A stretch of DNA of 64,000 nucleotides, taken from NCBI RefSeq assembly GCF_018350175.1, contig NC_058368.1, positions 222,830,001 to 222,894,000 of the forward strand, read 5' to 3'. Below are positions 48,621 to 62,112 of the stretch, piece by piece. Made by a program: the position numbers and the translations under genes. The notes under the pieces are model-generated. The model did no database searches. It was not told the DNA's origin and saw nothing but the letters and a program-made list of their open reading frames with translations. The stretch is from Felis catus (lineage: Eukaryota). Each line of letters starts with the position of its first letter. Position 1 is the stretch's first letter.

Positions 48621-49819
48621 TTTACTATTTATGTCTAATTATAAGTCTTAAATTGTGTCCTTCCTTCCAAAGTGATTCCTTCAGAGAAGATCTTACTTGT
48701 CTACAAAAGATAATCCTTCCAGGTAGAGATGGACCCTTTTACGGTGAAGGGATACAAATTGCTGCATAACACTATAACAGATAAGTCCCCTTAAGGCCAC
48801 CACAATTATACCAGTGCAACTGATCACAGTTACATTCTTAAAATATTGAATCCATTTGTCTCTTAATCTCACTTGCCTCCTTTAAATTGAAGGAATGAAA
48901 TTGTTTTGTAATATCAACAAGAAAATGATTACCTTTAAAAGCAGGAACAATATTTTAATCCCATACGTTTAGATGTGTATCCGTATAAAATAAATTTCCT
49001 ATCAGTGTTGTTGTGGTTATATGTATGGAGACAAATTCTCATACCTATTTATAGAGTCATAACCAATTTTGTTCATGGCTTATTTTCTTTAGGTAATAGG
49101 CTTCATGGTCAAAGGGAAGCATGCACTTAAGTGTTTCCCAGGAATGACCTTTTATTGCACGAATTATTTTAAGTGTCTATTCTTATCACTAAAGACTTAG
49201 TCTAAAAGGAGTAAAAATCAATAAACCCACTTAAGGATGGTGAAAAGACAAAGTAGATAATGTAGCTGGTGTACTTGGGGAAGATGGAAACAGGCTGTGT
49301 TAATTCTGAGAGCAAAAAATATTAAATGTCCTGAAATTTTGTTATTAGGACCAAATTTGAAGAAGCAAATAACATTTGAATAAGAATCCAAGTTAAACAT
49401 TCTAACCTAAATATAATATGGTTCTAGGAATAATTGAGATCAAATCCAACGGAGAAAAGTCAAATAGTCATCGTGGAAATAAACTCAGAGAATAAGAATG
49501 CCACGTAAAGGGCTTGACTGAACAAAAGCAATCTTCATCCATTGCAGACCAGAACTCGTGGGCAGAAGGGCTTGCAAATGACTGTGATCCTCATTCTCTA
49601 GAGCCCCCGTGGAGGTGCACGCTTGATCTGAAGCATAACTGGGGACATTGAGGGCTGGACTCTCTGCAGGCTTCTCTTCCAGCAGAGATATTTCCCATTT
49701 TTATTTTTATAGGACAAGTTTGAGAGTGTTCTCAGAAGCAAGATAGAAACAACTTGTATTTAGGCACCAAATAGCCTGAATTTGGGTATTAAGTCTTTTA
49801 GCTGTGTCACTAAAAATAT

Positions 49820-50062
49820 GTGAAGCATAGGACCTTAAGACTGGGGAAAGTTGGGCTCAATTATACCTCCTCTAGCAAGAAAGAAGGCCATTTGGGCTAC
49901 TTACTCAGTTTTCCCTGGATTTTACCATGTATGCAAGAGGCATACATATTATTAAACTTCTGTTTATTTTTCTCCTGTTAATCTGTTTTTTATTACGGGG
50001 CGGGGTGGGGTTTCTAGCAAGAATCTACAAGGGTAGAGGAAAAAATATTTTTCTCCTCTACA
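49820..50062 (+). mobile_element. ERV1 LTR 3' part (MER4/MER41 group), 5' boundary uncertain
   Basis: ATTAAACTTCTGTTTATTTTTCTCCTGTTAATCTGTTTTTTATTAC..GAATCTACAAGGGTAGAGGAAAAAATATTTTTCTCCTCTACA, a characteristic U5 end. Confidence 0.75.
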
Positions 50063-51467
50063 CTCACCATGTAATACTCTGTTTTATTATACATAGAAGG
50101 ACAGATAAATATGAGGGCTATTCAAATTACAAAGATGCAGATCTTCTTTCTGCTATATCTTAATTTCCCAAAGGGTAGACAAGTGGTAAAAAAAAAAAAA
50201 AGAAGAAGAAAAAGAGAAAAAGTAAAAAGGAAAAAAGAAATTCTTTCTATCTTTGATCTTTACCTTATTTCAACTCCTAATTTCTAGCCTTGGCACAAAC
50301 TGGGCCAGAATTTCCAAAGTGTACTTTGTATAATGTGAACTTTATATTATGCCAATATTAATAATACTTTCTCATGAAATATCTTGTGGAAAAGTCTGTA
50401 GAAAATGAATGTTTCACTTGTGAACCGATTGCCCATTTCCACTGCAATAATGTGCTGACAGTTCTCAAAAATTTACTTCTTGATTATTTAATTGCACTAC
50501 CCAAGACAGTTACTTCAACAATGGGTATCCATCGGAAAAGTTTGATAACTAATGTAAGCAACCATTAGAAACAATCATTTCATTTACATAGAGGTAATAA
50601 AATGATGATACAGTGTGGGAAAAACACATATTTCTTTTATGAAAAAAAGATCTACTTATCACTTTATTTTAAATTCTGCTTGATTTGGGGTTTGCTAAGA
50701 TAAAGCTATTTTTTATTATTTGTCACAGAATTTTAGTTGTAACTTTCCTATTTATGAGAAATTATATTGATCTTAGCAGATATTCCTGCACTAAAATATC
50801 TAGAATCTACTATAGCTTCAATGGTGTGTGGCATCTAAAATATATACAGATTAGGTTTATGAAGTATTACTAATGACTTCTCTGAAAATATTATAATATA
50901 CAAGCAGATTAAACTTCAAGGCTTACTCTTCATCAGTATTTTTCCTATAGATTATTTTGCAGAATTTTTAAGACACTATGCGTTTAATTCAAGAACAATT
51001 TTCTTCCCTTTAATGTTCTCTGCATATTTCAGACACATATGTAGTTTGATCAAACAGACACTTTCATAGGTTGAAAGTTTTAAAATGCAGATATAGGAAC
51101 TACCTAAAATTCAATATGACTTCAAAAGAAATAGCTCAATAATGATCTGTTATTCGTGTGCTTTGTTCATCCACTGTGTTCCTGCATTCACTGTCTCTCT
51201 GATATGTGTTATTCAAAGCCCAATGCATTTTCAAATCCTCAGTATAATCTTCAGATATGTTTTTTTTGATTAATAGCTCCTTTTTTGGGTGGAGTAGTGG
51301 TTATTAAAGCAGTTTTTGTTTATATGTATATACATGACTTAGAGGCTAGAGGGAATAGCTAATGTTGATTTTTTTCATAACTCTGATATTTGTTTAATAT
51401 GACCTATTTTTAACACAAATATAAGTACATCATGCATATTCATAGCTCTCTAGATTTTAATTTTAAA

Positions 51468-51678
51468 TTTTTTTAATGTTTTTATTTATTTTTGAGACAG
51501 AGAGAGGCAGAGCATGAGCAGGGGAGGGGCAGAGAGAGAGGGAGACACAGAATCGGAAGCAGGCTCCAGGCCCTGCACTGTCAGCACAGAGCCCGACATA
51601 GGGCTCGAACTCACGGACTGTGAGATCATGACCTGAGCCGAAGCCGGACGCTTAACTGACTGAGCCACCCAGGCGCCC
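51468..51678 (-). mobile_element. Can-SINE
   Basis: Full body; TSD CTCTAGATTTTAATTTTAAAT on both sides. Confidence 0.96.
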
Positions 51679-52174
51679 CTCTAGATTTTAATTTTAAATG
51701 TGACTATCACTACACAACTACAAATACAATACCATTGATACATATAATTAAGTGTAAAATCCACATAACACAATATATCCATTTGGGTCATAATATATTA
51801 CCTCATTTATCATCCTATATGCTCAGGGAGTAATAGTTAACTTGATCATGCAATTGGGTTTTTTGTTTTTTGTTTTTTTTTAAATAGCAGCATACTTTCA
51901 TGTTCAGTTTCAAAACCAAATAATGCAAATGTGGTTTTTTTCTGCATGTTTTTTGTTTGCATAATGAGATGGTTTGATTCATTCAGATTTTCTTATATCC
52001 ATAGTGCTACTACATTTGTTGCTGCTTAAGCTAAACTGCAATTTGGAGAGTTGAGTGTGGTATCTAACAGTAAATTTAAAGACTATTAGGGATAGTTTTA
52101 TTTAGAAATGACAAGTTAGTCTCTTTAATATAGAAATGGTAACTCAGGCTTTCAAAGTAGTTGATCAGCTATCC

Positions 52175-52343
52175 TAGGAATTTTCAAATTTGTTTGTACA
52201 TTAGAATCATTTGGGGGTACTTTATAAATATAGAGATAGCCTATGTAATCTATGTAATAGATTCATGACGTAATTGGCCTTGAAGGGATCCATGCATAAG
52301 TATGATATAAAAAACAAACATCCCAAATGTTTCTAATGTGTAG
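52175..52343. mobile_element. MER5-like hAT MITE
   Basis: TTTTCAAATTT..TACATTAGAATCATTTGGGG..TTCTAATGTGTAG..TTTGAAAACCAATG. Confidence 0.7.
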
Positions 52344-52813
52344 ATAAATTTGAAAACCAATGACATGGATAAGATTGTACATGGAAAATGAAACTACTAC
52401 TCAGAGTGAGATCCCTTCAGATACAGATCTAGAGTAGAAAGTGGAGAGGATCTTTGGAATGTGATTAAGGATGGGTGAAGGTGAATGAGCAAGTTCTAAC
52501 AACTAAGAAGAGATTCCTGTTGAGGTAGGAGGAAATCCTTGAGAATAACATTCAGGAACCAAGAGAGAAAAGTGTTTTGCATTTCCAGCAGTGTTAAAAG
52601 TTTCTGAGAACTCCATTAAAACTAAGGCCAACATGCAACTGATAGATTGTCTGAGATAGCTGTATTGTTGGGAGGAAAAACCAGAATGCAAAAGATGTAA
52701 AAAGAGATGAACAGCAAGTGTGGACAGTGGAGAAGGTTGGTTGTAAAGAGGAAGAAGGAGACAAATCGTAGACAGCTAAGGAAGTGGATTTGATTCTTAA
52801 GAAGGGTGATTTT

Positions 52814-52968
52814 GGGGGTTGCTTGTGTGGCTCAGTTGGTTAAGCATCCAACTCTTGAGTTCTCAATCTCACAAAGATCAAGCCCCACGTCAGGCTCTAC
52901 ACTGACAACACAGAGCCTGCTTGGGATTCTCTCTCTTTCTTTCTCTCTCAAAGTTAATATAAAAAATT
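52814..52968 (+). mobile_element. Can-SINE
   Basis: GTGGCTCAGTTGGTTAAGCATCCAACTCTTG..GAGCCTGCTTGGGATTCTCTC. Confidence 0.9.
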
Positions 52969-52971
52969 TAC

Positions 52972-52973
<2 letters not shown>

Positions 52974-53024
<51 letters not shown>
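52974..53024. repeat. (TA)n microsatellite
   Basis: Direct reading. Confidence 0.97.
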
Positions 53025-53027
<3 letters not shown>

Positions 53028-53042
53028 AAGAAAGAAGTCTTG

Positions 53043-53502
53043 AAACCCTGGGTGGCACAGTAGGTTAATCATCCAACTCTTGGCTTCAACTCAGGTCATG
53101 TTCTCACAGTTCATGGGGTCAAATCCATATCAGGCTCTGTGCTGACAGCACGGACCCTGCTTGGGTTTCTGTCTCCCTCTCTCTCTGCCTCTCCACTGCT
53201 TGCTGTCTATCTCTCTTTCTTTTTTTTTTTTTTTTTTTGTTTTAATGTTTATTTATTTTTGAGAGACAGAGACAGAGCCATGAGCAGGGTATGGACAGAG
53301 AGAGAGAGAGGGAGACACAGAATCCGAAGCAGACTCCAGGCTCAGCTGAGAGATGAGACGTGGGGCTCAAACTCACAAACCATGAGATCATGACCTGAGC
53401 CGAAGTCGGACACTTAACAGACTGAGCCACCCAGGCACTCCATCTCTTTCAAAATATAAATAAAAATAAATGAATAAATTTTAAAAATAAAAAGAAATTA
53501 AA
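53043..53502 (+). mobile_element. Can-SINE interrupted in its CT tract by an antisense SINE
   Basis: Head and body 53043-53219; tail resumes CTCTTTCAAAATATAAATAAA at about 53443. Confidence 0.88.
53220..53441 (-). mobile_element. Can-SINE nested in the preceding SINE
   Basis: Poly(T), body, ends CCCAGGCACTCC; TCTCTTTC repeated on both sides. Confidence 0.93.
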
Positions 53503-53721
53503 AAGGAAAGTGATTTTTGTTTTTTAAGATAGAAAAGACAAACACGGTTAAATATTGAATTCAGTGATCTAATAGATGTAATGGATAAAGGAGAGGGAAG
53601 ATAAACACAGTTGTGAAACTATTCCTAAGAAAGTAAGGTGCATGTGGTTATGGTGGGTAAAGGTGAAGGTAGAGAAATACTTACTTTGATGTGATCATTG
53701 TTTACTGCCATTTTAGTGTTC

Positions 53722-54012
53722 CATTCATTGAACATCTAATATATGACAGATTGTGAATAAACTAAGAAACAAACAAACAAAAAAACGAGACATTGTCACA
53801 TGTCAGTCCTCTAGCGGGATATAATATAATGAAATGAAATAACATAATGAAATATATAATACCTGAACAAATGACTGTGATATGGTAAGGGTTATAAAAG
53901 AAACCAAGAGGATGGAAGGATTCAGTTCCAGCAGGTGCCCAGAATGGCCACCCAGGAGAAAAGTCTTGAAGACAGAATTAATGGAGAAAAAATAGAATAA
54001 GGACATTCATCA
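53722..54012 (-). mobile_element. L2 3' fragment
   Basis: CATTCATTGAACATCTAATATATGACAG..TCTTGAAGACAGAAT..GGACATTC. Confidence 0.55.
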
Positions 54013-54034
54013 GATAAAACAAATATATTGCCAA

Positions 54035-54087
54035 CAATTTTTTTAGTGTTCATTCACTGCCAGCAGGCAACTAGGAACTTAATAAAA

Positions 54088-54123
<36 letters not shown>

Positions 54124-54218
54124 AGCTCCTTGAATGCCATGAGGTGTGTATAGTATTTTTTCCAAGATACAGATAGAGGAAGCTTGAGCTCAGAGAAAGT
54201 AATTATTCGAGGACATAG
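54035..54218 (-). mobile_element. MIR containing an A33 run at 54090-54122
   Basis: CCATGAGGT..TACAGATAGAGGAAGCTTGAGCTCAGAGAAAGTAA..AGGACATAG. Confidence 0.6.
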
Positions 54219-54600
54219 TTTTTAAAATCTTTAAAATCTTTAATATAATATTTGGAAATTGATGATTTACTGCACGTTTATAACGAGGGATCTGGTAAGA
54301 TGTAAAAACTGGTTCAAAAAGAATTCAAAAATTTATATGCACAAACATAAATAAAGAACACTACAATAAATGTATTTATAGATGCTAACTTGTGTTGTTA
54401 GCTTTGTTTTTGAAAAATTGCCTTTTTTGTTGGAATATTGACTGTCCCTCTTCAGATAGAATTTGTATATCTTTGAACTTTGAAAAGCATACACTTTATA
54501 CCTGTGTCAGGCAGAATTAGACCATGGGCAGACTGTGCTAGGCAATGATGAGTTCTGCACTGGAGACTTTCAATAATATTTTGGTTTATTTAGAAGCCCA

Positions 54601-54605
<5 letters not shown>

Positions 54606-54650
<45 letters not shown>
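54606..54650. repeat. (TG)n microsatellite
   Basis: Direct reading. Confidence 0.97.
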
Positions 54651-54653
<3 letters not shown>

Positions 54654-54799
54654 ATTTCCCTATAACTGAATTGTTCAGGCTTCAGAGAGGATTTGAATGG
54701 GTCTCCTAAAATTTTAAAACCTACTTATACTTAGATTTGATCTGATCCACTCTCTTATGCTTTGAAGGATGATAGATTTGATTTATTATTTTAAATGAT

Positions 54800-54927
54800 G
54801 AGGCACCTGGGTGGCACAGTTGGTTAAGTGTCCAGCTTGGGCTCAGGTCATGATCTCACGGTTCTCGTGGGTTCGAGCCCCACATCGGGCTCTGCGCTGA
54901 CAGCTCAAAGCCTGGAGCCTGCTTTGG

Positions 54928-54977
<50 letters not shown>

Positions 54978-55066
54978 TCTCTCTCCCTGTCCCTCTCTCT
55001 GCCACTTCTCTACTCACACACTCTCCTCTCTCTCTCTCTCAAAAATAAATAAACGTTGAAAAAAAT
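54800..55066 (+). mobile_element. Can-SINE with long (CT)n
   Basis: GGCACCTGGGTGGCACAG head; TSD TTTTAAATGA. Confidence 0.94.
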
Positions 55067-56557
55067 TTTTAAATGAATGCTCTATATTTGGAGAGTAGCT
55101 AGTTGGTTTTTAATGTCCAATCTTTTAGCCAGAGAATTTTGGGCATTGCAAAACAAATAAGCCTAAATTAGAATAGATGTTGCCAACTTATTTTAATAGT
55201 ATGTTATTCTAATGGCACTAATTGACTTACCTTCCATAAATTCAGCTATATAAGCATTTCCATAAAACTTTATACTAGAAATGTTCAAGTAATTTAAGAT
55301 ATTGAGCAACAGGATTGTAGATATTGTGAAAGAAAAATGAATTCTTATAACTGTGTTTTACATTTTTATAGTCCTCAGCGCTTGAAAATAATTACAAAAA
55401 ATATTTAGAATAGCAGTTGCATTGTATAGGTATTAGAGAAAAAAATCTCAAATCCATAAATGCAAAAGAACTAAGTTAGTCTATTGCCATATTTTTTTGG
55501 ATTTTGAGAAAATGGATTTCTCTCTGGATACAATGCATACCAAAAAGCCAAAGGGTGAGAATGTGGTCAGTGAGGTCCTTTTTTTGTTTTTTGTTTTTTT
55601 TTTAATTTAAACTTCGTTGGAAAACATATCTTACTATCTGTGTACTGTACTGAATTTCAAACATATAAAATCAACAAAACACAATTCCTGAAAAAGCAAC
55701 CTGTACACTGTTTAATGGCAAGTGCATTCTTGTGAACAGAATGGAATCGCTGGGTTTTAAAAACATATAACATTGTTTCTTATAGGCAGATACTGTGCCA
55801 TTCCTGTGCATTATAAATGAAGGACCCATGTTAAGGACTGAGGAAACAATAAATCTTGATATTGCACTCACAAATAGCACCTTTCACATAATTCTTAGGT
55901 CTACAGACCAGGGGCCTGTCCAATATAGTGAACTAAGTCTGTGCAGCAAAGTTATATTCCGCTGAACAAACACAGGATTTAAGATATGTCATCTCAGTGA
56001 TTGTAGCTGGTTTTAAAGTATGTTAATTTCTCCCGTGCTTGGCTTGTTTCATGTGCTTGATCCTTTTCATTCACCACATGAATTACTTTTAAGTACTTAT
56101 TCACATCTGAGACTGAACACAGACCATATGACAAAGATCATCTGTGTTGGATCATTTCAGCCTGCTTTTCTGTTTGACCTATTCCATTAATAACATTCTC
56201 CTTTATGCACCAAAGGCTGTTCTATCTGGATTTTTATATTAATTAAAATAAAAGCTTACTTTTAATGTTTTGACATGCGATGTTACAAAAGGAACCAGTC
56301 GTGGGCAAATGTCTTGCAAATTGTCTCAATTCTTCTATTTACTTTAGATAGTTAGCAAAACACATTTTTTATGAAGATTATAATTTCAAAGGGTCACTAT
56401 AAAAACCAAAACAGAACAGTTAGAATTACTCTGTCAAGCTACTTTCTGTCAATTCATTGTGTTCTTTGAAGAATTATTGTTTGCCTTGCTCTCAGTTTGG
56501 AATCTCTAATTAATTTCGTAACTGTAATTTTGCAAAGGAGTCTTGCTTGAAATAGTT

Positions 56558-56782
56558 GAAATTTATTGAGCATGTTTGCACAGGGCATGGCTTAACACTT
56601 TATATAAACAATTCTATGTAATCCTGACCATGAGGCTGAGACAGTGTTAACATGTGCACTGAGGAGAAAGACACTGAAACCTCAAGACTTAAGGGCATTT
56701 CCTGAAGTCCTACAATTTTGAAGCTGCAGAGCTGAGACTCCTCTCCTACCTGTTTGAACAACAAAGCATGGATTTCTATGTA
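56558..56782 (-). mobile_element. MIR
   Basis: ATTTATTGAGCA..TGTAATCCTGAC..TGAGGAGAAAGACACTGA..TTTCCTGAAGTCC..GCAGAGCTGAGACTC. Confidence 0.7.
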
Positions 56783-59700
56783 TTAAGTGATATACAACAG
56801 TATAAGAGCAATTTACATCTATTTTCTAGGCAACTTTAGTTGTAGTTTTCTCTTGTGGGTGGCAATAGTTATAAAAGTCATTAATACTATGAGTAATAGG
56901 TTATTTGAGTTGTATTTGCATTATCCAGTCTATTCCTATGAACTTAACTGAAACCAGTGGAGTTTCTATTTAATGGTGCAAGATATAGCATTATATTCTC
57001 AGATTCTTCTGTGTGTGCAGTAGGGAGATACAATTTACCTTCCAACCGTGTTGTTTCTTTCCTGCATAAAATGCTGTTCAGCCACAGGATCCTTTGTGCA
57101 TGTTTTTCTCAGTTAGAGCCCATAACCATGGATATTTCCTCATAAGTCCTAGCAGTTTTATGCTGGGGTAAAATAAATTTGGAATATATATTAGGTAAGT
57201 CATGAAAGATAATGGCATAAAAATAGGCTTTGGGTAAATATATGAAAACAGTGATTTATTTTAGCCATCTTGGGAAGATAGGAAGAGGGTTGAGAATTGG
57301 TGTTGCTTGGTTATAAGTAAATAACTTTTGGGTCTTTACCCAATTAATTTTAATTAATTAATTAATTTTTATTGGTGATTTTGAGTGCAGCTATCTCCTG
57401 TCTTTTCTTCTTCTAGATGTATAGGAAATCATAGCTATGATTCTCTCAATAACATATATAAAGGAAAAGATAGAAAGCAAAGTAGTTAAGGAGAGGAGAG
57501 TAGAGGAAAAGAGGGAAGGAGTGGGAAGGGAAAAAAAGGAACAACATAGTTTTATAGAAGGAATGAACCTTGAAAATTTCATTAATAATCACAGAAACAC
57601 ATAGGAGAGAGGATTTAATAGAGGGGTGTACTTTTTCATATAACAATGAAGGCCTTTTATTAAAGTGTGATGACATTTCCATCTGTGGGGACATTTTTCT
57701 TCTCACAGAGTTTCTGCTTGGCTTTTCTTTTCATATATCCTGAGATAAAAGGGAGTGGTTAGCTGGAGGTAGGTTACAACTGAGAACAAAGACACCAAAC
57801 CTTGAGTCAACTTGTCCCTTCTGTCCGGGAAGCTAATTCCATTCAGGATAGCAAAGAAGGTAGGCAATGGCAAGGGATCAAGGGGATTTTGAGTCTGGAG
57901 AAGAAGGAAGTTTGGGGAGTTGTGTTTGAGAAGGCTGTTGATAATCCTAGTCGAAATTCCCTCTTCTTCCAGCTCCCAGGGTGGAGAATGCTTCCGGTAC
58001 AATCTTGCTTTTACACCCCCACTGGTTGAGTATGTTAACCTGTAGAACCTGTTTGACATTTCCAGGGCAAAAGACAAGCCAAGGGGCTTTGGGGAGCAGG
58101 TGACAATGGAATAACAAAAAGAAAAACCAACAGCCTGGACTTCTCTGAAATCTATACCAAGTATCCGTGAGTTTCCATGGTTTGAAATAAGCCACAATTG
58201 GCTTCCCATGCTGTACCCCAAATAGCTCCAAGATGCTTGTCAGGAGACAAAGAAATTTCTCTCTATGGCTTGTGGAACACCAGCCACTAATGCTATCTGC
58301 AGCAGAGACTGCAGAAAGGAGGTAGGAAAGCCAGCTTCAGAGGATGAGAGGTGACAGATGTCTGCAGGGGAGACACAGTGGGCAACTTGAGAGACGTGAC
58401 CAGGCATGCCTGCCCCTTTGCTATCCAGCACACATATTAGCTAGAGAAGGACCTTGGGGAGATAGAATCTCAGAGGAAATTTTGGTCAGTGGGTGCGATA
58501 AAGATACTTGAAATTGGAGGACTATTTACCTGACTGAAACTATTTCAAAATGAGAGTGTCTGGAATATCATAAAATAGCAACATGAAGTTTTCCTCTACA
58601 AGACGGAAACAGGGCTTTGAAAAGAAGATTAGATCCCATTAAGGAAACAGACGTTTAGGTTTTACACTTTAGGTTTCTGACTGTGCACATCAGCTCTCTT
58701 ACATTTATACAAACTCACTTCTTTTTGGCTCACCTCAGCAATGCACGCCCTAGAACATTCTGTGTGAGGATGCAAAACGATCATATGCTTTGACTTATAT
58801 TAAGAGAAAACCAAGGTCTATCTAGATGAAGTAATTGTAGGTAAAAGAGGACTAAAGAATTTTAAAGTCGGCCTGGCTCTTGATTTTATTTTATGATTCC
58901 CAAATATACCTTTCTCGTTTAACACTCACTATGAACAAGCACATTCAAATCTTTATGTGAGAGCAAAGTAACACAGACAGGCCGTGGAAATACAACAGCA
59001 GAAAGGGGTCATGTTAATAGGACAGAAATTCATAATAACACAGTGGTACTGTCTCCGTGGTGTCCTCATATATTTAATGCAATGAATTACTAGTAAGAGA
59101 CTTTGGAATTAGAGAAGATGTAACAATCATACCCATATATATCAAAAGTCCAAGTTTGTCATGTCTTTATCAAGGTTAATTAAAATGTATGATTAAATAT
59201 AGGATGAGATAAGTGATTAGAACATCAAACCAGGGGGAAGAGAGAGGGCTATACACACTGACTATACCCACAGTAATTAGTTTTCTGACTTAGTTCTCTA
59301 ACGTTGCTCCTATATAATGGTTTTGTTTTGCTTTGTTTTGTTCCCAGCACTGTAGACAGTTTCTATATTCCAAAGATGGATGTGCAATTTTGTAGACCAT
59401 TTTTGAGAAAGTCATGCATATAGCCAAATTTGGGTGGGCAATCTGAAGGATGCTAAGAAGTCACATAGCCCTCAAATTTGAACCCCACTCTTCTTTAGTG
59501 ACCATATCATTAAAAGTAAGGTATTTTATCTTTTAATTTATTTTATCTAAGTCAAATCCCCTAAAATAGCAGTTATGCCTAAAACAAGCAATGTATTGAT
59601 GTTAATGATTCATGGGTGAACACACACACACAAAAGAAAATATGACACAGTTTTGGGAAGAAGTAGTGAATACAGGGAACCTTGCAGAAGAGCCAATATT

Positions 59701-61120
59701 CATACTGAGCCTTGGAGTGTGGGTAGTGATTGATGAAATGAACATGGGTTTGAAATCAAATCAACAAAGAACAGAGAAAAGAAAACACACACGTATAGTA
59801 AGAAGAGTTGTGCTTTCGTTTTAACTTGATTATAGATAACCCAAAATCGAATTGTAGAGCATCTGTAAAACATGGAGAATACAAGTTTCAGGTTAAGGTA
59901 TGTTCGCTTCTTCTGGTGAAAAAAAAAGGAAAGGTGGGAGCAGTTCTAGCCAAAGAATGACAGAAGAAGTAATATGTGCCTTAAAAAAGGACAAAGTAAA
60001 CAAGACAGTTAGAAATCAGAAAAAAACAGAGCAAGCACATAAGGAAGCGGCAAAATTGAGCAGATGAGTTTGCAAGAGATGAACGAGTAGGGAGGGATCT
60101 AGAATGTGCGGTGCTATTCCAAACAGAGCTGCGTAAAGCAGGATGACAGCTTCCCAAGGGTCCCTAGACAGTGGGTAGAGAGGAAACACTGGGGGAAATA
60201 GGCAGGAAGTCTGATTGCAGAAAGACACTGTAGATGCATTTTCCTTCTTTGTACTTGGATGATAGTCATTTTTATTCAGACTTGTAGGAAAAGCACCAGT
60301 GATTTTTATGGGGGCTACGTAAATAAACTTCCATTTCAGTGGAGTAAAAAAGAAAAGATAAAAAAATAAAGACTCTGCAACGTCTCTTTCCTATGTGGCC
60401 CTCTGTTGTGCTCGGTAACCTTGAATTATCCATTTTCTCACTTACAGTTGGACCAGCATACCCCAGAGGTCTTCTACTATTCCACCAGGTGCTAATAGGT
60501 GTTACAAAATAAAACAAAATTTGAAAATAAGAAAAAAACAAAAATTACCACAGTGACAGCAACTCCTTGGTCAATAAAGTTGTGATAATTGTGGATTAGT
60601 AACTAAATAGATTCCATTAACTCCTTTGCATTTTGAGGTTCAAGCAGAGAACATACCACACAGCATTTGCCAAAATTATTTTAGCACAAATGTAATTTTG
60701 TTTGATTTTTAAGTAGAACATTTCATGGGGCTAGAAATTCTCAGGAAAAAATTTGAAATATTATGTTGGAGATTTGCTGGCATTCCCAACATCATTATAT
60801 CAAAAATATATTTGTGCGTAGCTATGTAATTATCAACTACAGAGTTCAACATATGTCAACATGATCAACCCACCTATATAATATTTTATTGTAAACAAAA
60901 TATGTGGTTGTCATCTAAGATTATCATTTTGATGTATGCATAAAAATATTGAACTTAATTTACGTTCAGTTAGGTTTCTTGCTGGAGGCACATGTCTGTC
61001 TCGATCAACTACATTCTCTTGGCAATTATTTATATAAGACAATAAAGATCACTTGGCACCCATACGTGTATAGTAAGCTGTATAATAAGATGTATAGCAA
61101 AAGTATAGTATTTAACATTA

Positions 61121-61319
61121 AATACTGGCTGTATCATCTTATTTTTGAGAGAGGGTGAACGGAGGAGGGGCGGAAAGAGAGGGAGACAGAGGATCCAAAG
61201 CGGGTTCTGCATGAGACAGAGAGACTGATGTGGGCCTCAAAATGATGAACTGGGAGATCATGACCTGAGCGGGAGTCAAGAGTGAGACACTTAACTGACT
61301 GAGCCACCCAGGAGCCCCC
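61121..61319 (-). mobile_element. Can-SINE with almost no A tail
   Basis: Ends CCCAGGAGCCCC; TSD TGTATCATCTTA on both sides. Confidence 0.93.
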
Positions 61320-62028
61320 TGAATGTATCATCTTAAACTGTTCTTTTACTTAGCCAAAACGTAGATAAAATACTTTTTTTAAATAAACAATAAAAATATT
61401 TACCCTCTAATATAAAATTTTAAGTAGAGGTGTCTTCATTGTTGATTAATCTCAACTGCACTTCCAAGTCAAGGAATATGAAATTGCATTTGAATAAATG
61501 CCTCTTTACACAGATGTCAGGAAGGACTCACACTTCACTTAGAATTTATTCTGCTCTGACATTTGCTGAAATTTAAAGATGTTCCTGGACATTTATTATA
61601 TGATTACAGGCTTCTCGGAAAAAGATAGTGAAATTCCAAAAGTTAAAACAAAAGTTTAATTGATTTAGGACAGTATATCTCAGAAAAAATAGTTAATAAT
61701 TTATTATATTTTCTACCATTAATAGAAAGTTAATTTTGCTGTCTAAACTTTGGTTTCATTCCTCTTTATTAAATATGTGGCTGCGGATGTCTCCCATAAG
61801 GTATTTTTGCCTTTATAAAAATTCTACCATCCATAAAAGAAATGTGTTCACCAAATCTTTAATAGGAAAAAAACAAAAACAAAAACAGACAATATGCAGC
61901 AATGGAAACATAGGACAGTGTAAACCTTGTTTAAATGTTCTCTTTAAGCAAAGCACAAGTACACAGTCAAAATAAAATGCTACAAATAATTAAAAAATTG
62001 AAAAAAACAAAGAATACTATCAGTGCTT

Positions 62029-62080
<52 letters not shown>

Positions 62081-62112
62081 TCTCTTTCTCTTTCTCTCTG
62101 TCTCTCTCTCCA
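62029..62112. repeat. (CT)n microsatellite
   Basis: Direct reading. Confidence 0.96.
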
